Shown here piece by piece: positions 56,310-64,000 of a DNA stretch of 64,000 nt. The stretch is from the human T2T-CHM13v2.0 reference genome, Homo sapiens. The translations under genes were made by a program, and so were the position numbers. The stretch is from NCBI RefSeq assembly GCF_009914755.1, contig NC_060942.1; one strand, given 5' to 3'. Position 1 is the first letter of the stretch. Each line of letters opens with the position of its first letter. Under the pieces are notes generated by a model that was not told where the DNA came from, ran no database searches, and was given only the letters and a program-made list of their open reading frames with translations.

Positions 56310-58084
56310 AGGAGCATATGCCTTATGACTTTATATTCCCGATAGCTCTTCTACTTTCTATCCTTGGCTTTAATAATAGCGAAAATCTTATGGCTAAGAT
56401 TTGTAGGAGTTGATTTTGTGTCTCATTACACTGGAAACAGAATCTTGAGGTCTGTCAAGAGAGTGGTTTTCACCTTTTTTCACTTCTCTTCCACTTCAGG
56501 CAAGGTTGGGAAGTTCCTAGTAGGTGACTGTCCTGAGAAATGTCTTTGGTGTGGTTAACACAGTGTCGTCCTGGTGTTTAGAGTAGTACCGTATAGTCAA
56601 GTGAATGTATTCAGAAGACTTGAGATTTCGCATGCTATTTACATGTTAACAGTTCTTAAGGAAATTCTCCACACCATGAGCAAATCATAAATTTATTTCA
56701 TGTGGAAGTGTTGATTCTAACAGATACCAAGTATTAGAACATTTTAAATATAAATATACCAAGGTTCTATCTCCAAGAACTTCAGGAGACTCTAGTTCTC
56801 CTAAAATGAGAACATGCTAATATTTGGAAAATATCAGTTACTGTTCTCTGTCTGCTTCCAAAAGCAGCTAGGGGTCTGGTACCACTAAACCAAACAAGTT
56901 AATTTATCTGACACTGGCAGGCTTGCTTTCAGGTGGAGACCTGTGTTATTGGAGAAGGAAAGGAGGGAGCAAAACTCAGAATGACTGGGGAGAGATGCAT
57001 CACTGAGGAGACTTGGAAATTAGAGAAATATCAAGAGTAGCTTTATTGACTTAACTGCAGATGCCACCATTGGGCATTAGCCTCTGGAGCTGGGAGTTGG
57101 TGGCAAGTTGTAAATTGAAGACCACTACAGGCAGTGCAGATTTTTATCAGATTTCTTTTGTGCCTAGAATATTAAACAGATCTTAACTAATTTTTAAAAG
57201 AATATGTGTTTTGCCTACTGTAATTTTAAAAAGCCATCCTCTCTCTACTATGTATGAATGTATTGAATAACTAAACCAATAGTTGGCAGGGGTTTGGGGA
57301 AAAGGCCCTTAGAAGTTTCCACATACTCTAGGGAGAATCTTGCAGAAAAATCTATCTGATGCAGTATGGAAAGATCCAAAAACAGCAGGCTTGGCCTAAG
57401 ATGTTAACATAGGAACAATCAGCTACCAGATTCTCACATTTCTTTCATGATCAGTCTCTTCGGTTATCTCTAGGGAGTACTCAGATCTGAGGTTCCCAAG
57501 ATGAAGTTTTAATTCATCTTTTGGAAAGATGCAGAGGTAGGCATGGAGATAAGGAGAGAAAGATGTCAAACCAAGCAAAAGATAGGGTTTTGTAACCTCT
57601 ATCTGCTTAAGTCTATTTCAAGTTTACTGAGTGATATTGATTATTAAGATGCAGACTAGGTTACAAAGAATGACGATGCTGATGTGGTCTAGTCTACCAC
57701 ATTTAAGCATAAATCCACTTAGAATCAAGCCACATGTGTGAAGCCCAAGGTTCTTGATATTCCTCAGCATATCTAAAGGTTACCCAGCTCAGCGTTCCAT
57801 CTACTAAAGGAATTCCCTTCAGCATCCCTGAAACAAGCCTTCTACTTGAATAGTTCTACCTTATCCTAGAATTCACAATTGAACTGTCCTGTTACTCTTT
57901 ATGTTCTGTCTTGGTTTGATTTTGAAATCTGCCTTCCTACAATTTAATATTTGGGACTTACTTTTTTCTTCCAAAAGCACATAACTAGCAATTTACTGAT
58001 CCCTATGTATCAGATACTATGTCAAACTAAGCATCTTACCTGCATTATCTAACTTAATCCTCACAACAGCCTTCTGATAGAGAG

Positions 58085-58806
58085 TGGCAGAGAGGGGCTA
58101 GCGGTTCACTGAACTCGTTTTCCCTTGGCTGTGCAGCTAGACCACATTTTTAAGCCTCCTCATAGTTAAATGTGGCCTGGTGCCTGAGGTCCAGCGAATG
58201 AGATGTAGGCAGAAGGGATGTGTGACACTTTCAGATATGGCTCATGATAACCTGCCATGCATGAGCTTTTTATTTATGTATTTGAGACAGGGTCTTGCTC
58301 TCTCACTCAGGCTGGAATACAGTGACACGATCTTGGCTCACTGCAGCCTTGACTTCCCAGGCTCAAGTGATTCTCCCACCTCAGGCTCCCGAGTCACTGA
58401 GACTACAGACACATAGCACCATGTCCAGCTAATTTTTGTATTTTTAGTAGAGACGAGGTTTCGCTATGTTGCCCAGGCTGGTCTCAAACTCTAAGCCCAA
58501 GCGATCTTACCCCCTCAGCCTCCCAAAGTGCTGGGATTACAGGCGTGAGCCACTGCGCCTGGGCTCCACACATGATCTTGCATGCTCTTTCCCTTTCATG
58601 GTGACCTTGGAAGGTTGGTGATGAAAATGGCAGAGCCACCAGATGGAAGGAGCCCTACGTCACTGAATCTTCGTTTAGTGCAAAACTGCCTGCTAATCCA
58701 GAACACCCATTTTGGACTACACACAAGTGAGAAATAAGGCTCTGATGTGTAAGCCACTAACACAATATTTCTGTGATAGCAGTTAACAGCCGAATTAACT
58801 GATGCA
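58085..58806 (+). mobile_element. MLT1J-like MaLR LTR interrupted by AluJ (58267-58564, minus strand)
   Basis: GCAGAAGGGATGTGTGACACTT, ATGGCAGAGCCACCAGATGGAAGGAGCC, GTGAGAAATAA. Confidence 0.8.
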
Positions 58807-59309
58807 GATGGCTACTACTCTTAATATTTTTATTATATGATAAAGACACTGCTGTGTCAAGCGACTAGGTAATTTACTGGAAGTCACAGAGAAAGTGGTG
58901 TTAAGATTTGAACATAGATCTGTCTAACCTCAGAGCCTGGACTCTTGATCCCTACACCCTACACTGAGATTTTCTTTAAATGCTTAGGGCTACTCTCTCC
59001 CACCTAATGGTATTTTAAAAATCTAAGGAAAGCTACCCATTTTCTTTCCTACACTTATTATTCCCTTCTCCAGGCTGATGGATCCCAGCTCTTTCAGTTC
59101 TCACAGTGGAAATTCTAGATTTCTCTGTATTTGTATTGTTTTCTTGGTTGTATTCTAATATCATAAAGGCCACATTAAAATATGGCTCCCCACACTAAAT
59201 GCAGCACAGCAGGTGGGGCTTGGGGAGTAGGAAAGACAGTGTGCCCATTTACTACTTAGAATTCCATAATTCTGTAGGTACAAAGTTAAGACTGTGATTA
59301 ATCATCCTA

Positions 59310-60440
<1,131 letters not shown>

Positions 60441-60937
60441 CTGATAGTTGCCTTGATCAACCTAAAGAGGAAAGTTTAAATATATCTGGTTATACTTCAT
60501 TTTGTTTGTTTAGGCCTGTTATTCTTAGCTGGTCACAATCATTTTGATTCTGTCACTTACTGAGAACATTTGAGTTCAAGTTCTTCAATCAACTATACAA
60601 TTGGTTTTCCCTCTCAACCTTGTGTCATCCACAAATTTCATAAGCGTACTTTCTGTGTTCATTCAACTTGTGCATAAATGTGTTGAGCAAGACAGGGCCA
60701 GCAATAAAACCATGAAGCATGTTGCTGCCCTGCAACATCAATCTATTAATTAGCACTGATATCACTCTACAGTCAGCTGTGACTGTATCTAACTGATGGT
60801 ACTATTGCAGAGTCCACAGGGTTTATGAGCAACTCTGAAGAACAAGTTGCTTGGTTCTAAGCACTATGCAGCATGTGGCTAACCCGTCTAGCAGCCATCT
60901 CAAAGAAGAGCAGGACAATGGGTGGAAGATCCCCATC

Positions 60938-61363
60938 TGTGATGGGCTGAATTGTGACCTTCCCAAATTTATGCATTGAAGCCCTCACCCCCAGCACCTC
61001 AGACGGTGACTGCATTCTGAGGTAAGGCCTTTAAAGAGATAAGTCACAGTGACAGAATCAGGATGGGCCGTAATCCAATGACTGGTGTCCTTATAAGAGG
61101 AGGAGATAAGGACACAGAAACACACATAGAGTGTGTGTGTCCTTACTTCATGTGAAGAAAGAGGGAGAAGTTGGCCATCTCCAAGTCAAGGAGAAAGGCC
61201 TGGATGGACCAGTCTTGCCTCACAGTCCTCAGAAGCAACTGCCCCCTGCCAACACCTTGATCTTGGATTTTTGGCCCTTCAGAACAGTGAGAAGATTAAT
61301 TTCTGTTGTTTAAGCCACCCAGTCTGTGGTGCTTTGTTATGGCAGCCCTAGCAAATGAATAGA
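60938..61363 (+). mobile_element. MLT1B MaLR solo LTR
   Basis: TGTGATGGGCTGAATTGTG...GTTTAAGCCACCCAGTCTGTGG. 5-bp duplication CCATC. Confidence 0.9.
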
Positions 61364-61447
61364 CCATCCCCTCCTCTCTTCCACTATTGCTTTTTGGTGA
61401 AATTGGTCATCCTGGCCTTAGCAAGATAATCTGAGGTTTTAGCATAG

Positions 61448-61610
61448 CAGGCATGTTACTCAAAGTATGGTCCACGGACCAGCAGCCTAGGCATCACCTG
61501 GGAGCTTATTAGAAATGCTAACCCTGGCCCCACCTCAGAGCCACTCAGTGAGAATCGGCATTTTAACAAGATCCCTAGGTGACTGGCATTATAACTTTGA
61601 GAAGTGCTGT
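61448..61610. mobile_element. MER5A
   Basis: CTCAAAGTATGGTCC...GCATCACCTGGGAGCTTATTAGAAATGC...TTTTAACAAGATCCC. Confidence 0.85.
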
Positions 61611-62162
61611 ACTCCCAAACCCCTTCATTGATTTTTAGTAAACCTGGACTTTTCTGTATATTAGATTTACTTAAAACTGCATTGCCTAAGGATCAGATCC
61701 AATCCAGGCTTAGGAATTTTAAAACTGGATTGAACTCTAGCCATAGAGTCAGATTTCAGAATGAGGACTTGAAGCCCAGAGAGATGAGGTAGTTTGCCTG
61801 AGGACACAGCACTAGAATTCATTTTGATTTATGCACAATTTCTAGGAACACTGGTAGTATTTAAAAAAATTTTCGTATGCACCCTGGCAATGTCACTCAG
61901 TTTTTGAGCCAGACAAATGTAAGAACTGGGTCTGAACCTAAAGCAATGGACAAATTAGCTGACTACATACATTAACTGCATTTAAAGAGGTTAGTGCAAT
62001 GAGGGGTTGGAAGAAATCCGAATTGTCTGCTAGACAGAAACACCACCATTCTTCCAGTTAGAGGGGCTAACACCCCACAGTTCACTCTATCTGGTCTTAC
62101 TTTCAAAGGAGAGATTATTAAAGTCTGTCCTGTCTCTAACATTTCTAAGCAAATTCTCACAC

Positions 62163-62291
62163 TTTTTTTTTTAAGATGCAGGATCTGGCTATGTTGCCCA
62201 GGCTGGTCTTGAACTCCTAGGCTCAAGTGATCCCCCCAACTTCAGCCTTCCAAGAAGCTGGGACTGCAAGTGTGCACCACTATGCCCAGCT
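62163..62291 (-). mobile_element. FLAM
   Basis: Left monomer with poly(T). Confidence 0.85.
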
Positions 62292-64000
62292 TCACACATC
62301 TTTCGTATTCTGAATTTCCATTTTGATTCACATCAGAATGCCTTTGTGAGGCACACACAGCAGGTGACGGTGCAGGTAGTGTATGGCCCGAGAGCTGTGG
62401 GAGATTTGTTGTTTGTCTCAACTCCTATTTCTTTCACATTCTGCCTTTCTGTTTCCTTGTCTTCTCGAAAAGAGTGTTTATCGAATAGCTTACAGTTAGT
62501 GATACCCTTATTTTGTCACATGTCCATTGTACCCCCAGCACTGTGATGGGTCCACAGAGATGAGCCAAATCAGGGAGACACATCTATCACTAAATAATGA
62601 CATGGGGCATGCTGGGTGCTGTGACGGCATGTGCCAGGTCCTGTGGGCCATGCAGGAGGAGGGCCTACTCTGGAAGAGACAGGGACTGGGGTGTTTTTTA
62701 CATGAGACCTGGAGAATAAATAGGAGTGACTTAGGCTAAGCAGGAAGGTTTTCTAGGCAAAGGCTGAAGGTGTCATGCCATGTCTTATTTGGAGAATTGC
62801 TTAACTAAAGCTGGGGCATGTCTGGTTCAGAGTGCAGAGTGACAGCTTTTGTGAGCTAAGCTAAGGAGTACAGGAGTTAACTAGACTGTCTTGTCAGACC
62901 CCGCTGGTGGTTTTGCACAGAACATGTATCTCAAACTCCCTTGACTCGGGTGCTCCTGAAAGATAGTGCCTATTCGAATGTAAGTATGGGTGGTCCTGGC
63001 TTTCATGTAGTTTCCACTTGGCCCCCCATTCGTGCACGTACACAACCACCTTCGTCCATCTGATTTGGTCTTTCACAGGTCGCAGATCTAATGATAAAGC
63101 ATCTCGGGGTGGCCCCACCTACCTGCCAGGTACCACCACCGAGGGAACAGCCAGTGAGGGGTCACTGCCTTGCCACCAAATCAGTATTTGAAGAGAATCC
63201 TTGCTGCTCCCCATTCTGGGGTCTCCTCCACCCCAATACCATCCTTTCCTCCTCCTTGGTAGGGTTGGTGGGGGTGGGTGAGGGCAGGGACAGCTCTGGG
63301 TTATCTATAGACAGCCTCACACGTATCCACTGAGGTCCCACTTTTGGGATTTGTGTTTTTGGTAACAGGCAACAAGTGCCCCTTGACTGCAGCCTCGCTT
63401 GGGGGAAAACTCATGACTGGTGAGAGGTTTGGAGATGGAGGGGTTGTGGGCCCAGGCTGGATCAGAGGTCTTATCCAGCAGGGCCTCCTCCCTGGGCACT
63501 CAGCACCCAGGGAGCCTCTTAGCTGCCTGGCAGCTAGCATGGGCCTAAGGGTAGAAGTGCCTACAGAGACCATAATTAGGGATTTTATCATCTTGTTTTA
63601 GCTCCTCTGGAGCGGAAAGTCTGGAAGTCAGCGGGACCCCAAGCAGCTTGGCAGAGCCTGGCAGTGTCCTCCTGACAGTTGGTGGCAGCACAGGCCACCC
63701 TTTGAGTCACAGGCATGTTCCTCTGGGCTTCCCCAGAGGGATCAGGTGGAAACTGAGCACAGGAGGCCCTTTAAGCTGGCCTTGTGGAAGCCACAGGCAG
63801 CAGGTTTGCTTGTGCTGTTTCAGTGTTAACCCGGGTTAAGCATTTTCAAATGCTTCCTGCCCCAAGCTTTCTAGGCATCTGTCAATGGGCCTCCTGAAAG
63901 CCCTTCTTACTCACATGCAGTTCTGACCAGAGAGCTCCCTGCATCTCCTCACCTGCTGAGACCCTTCTCCTCACGCAGGTTGATAGAAGAAGTCTGGTAT

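Overview
Primate genomic DNA (AluY present; the exons match human TAF4B as I recall it, chr18q11.2). It covers the 3' end of TAF4B on the + strand: the penultimate coding exon (15803-15907), a ~32 kb intron, the last exon with stop codon (47965-48132), the 3' UTR to a probable ATTAAA signal (49779), and ~14 kb of downstream DNA. Most of the rest is interspersed repeats: nested L1s, about 25 Alus, an ERVL remnant, MaLR/ERV LTRs, DNA-transposon fossils, L2/L3/MIR. It also holds a U6 retrocopy and a C2H2 zinc-finger processed pseudogene. I see no novel protein-coding system. The unusual signals are structural. (1) A zinc-finger retrocopy replaces roughly 1.4 kb of an L1's ORF2 and itself contains a short L1. 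(2) Local sequence has been copied about 2 kb away into old repeats: a ~330 bp inverted copy, a ~190 bp direct copy bracketing the exon, and an 18-mer. (3) There are several fold-back inversions, including a self-derived Alu hairpin. Repeat subfamily names come from remembered consensus sequences and percent identities are by-eye estimates; no search was run.
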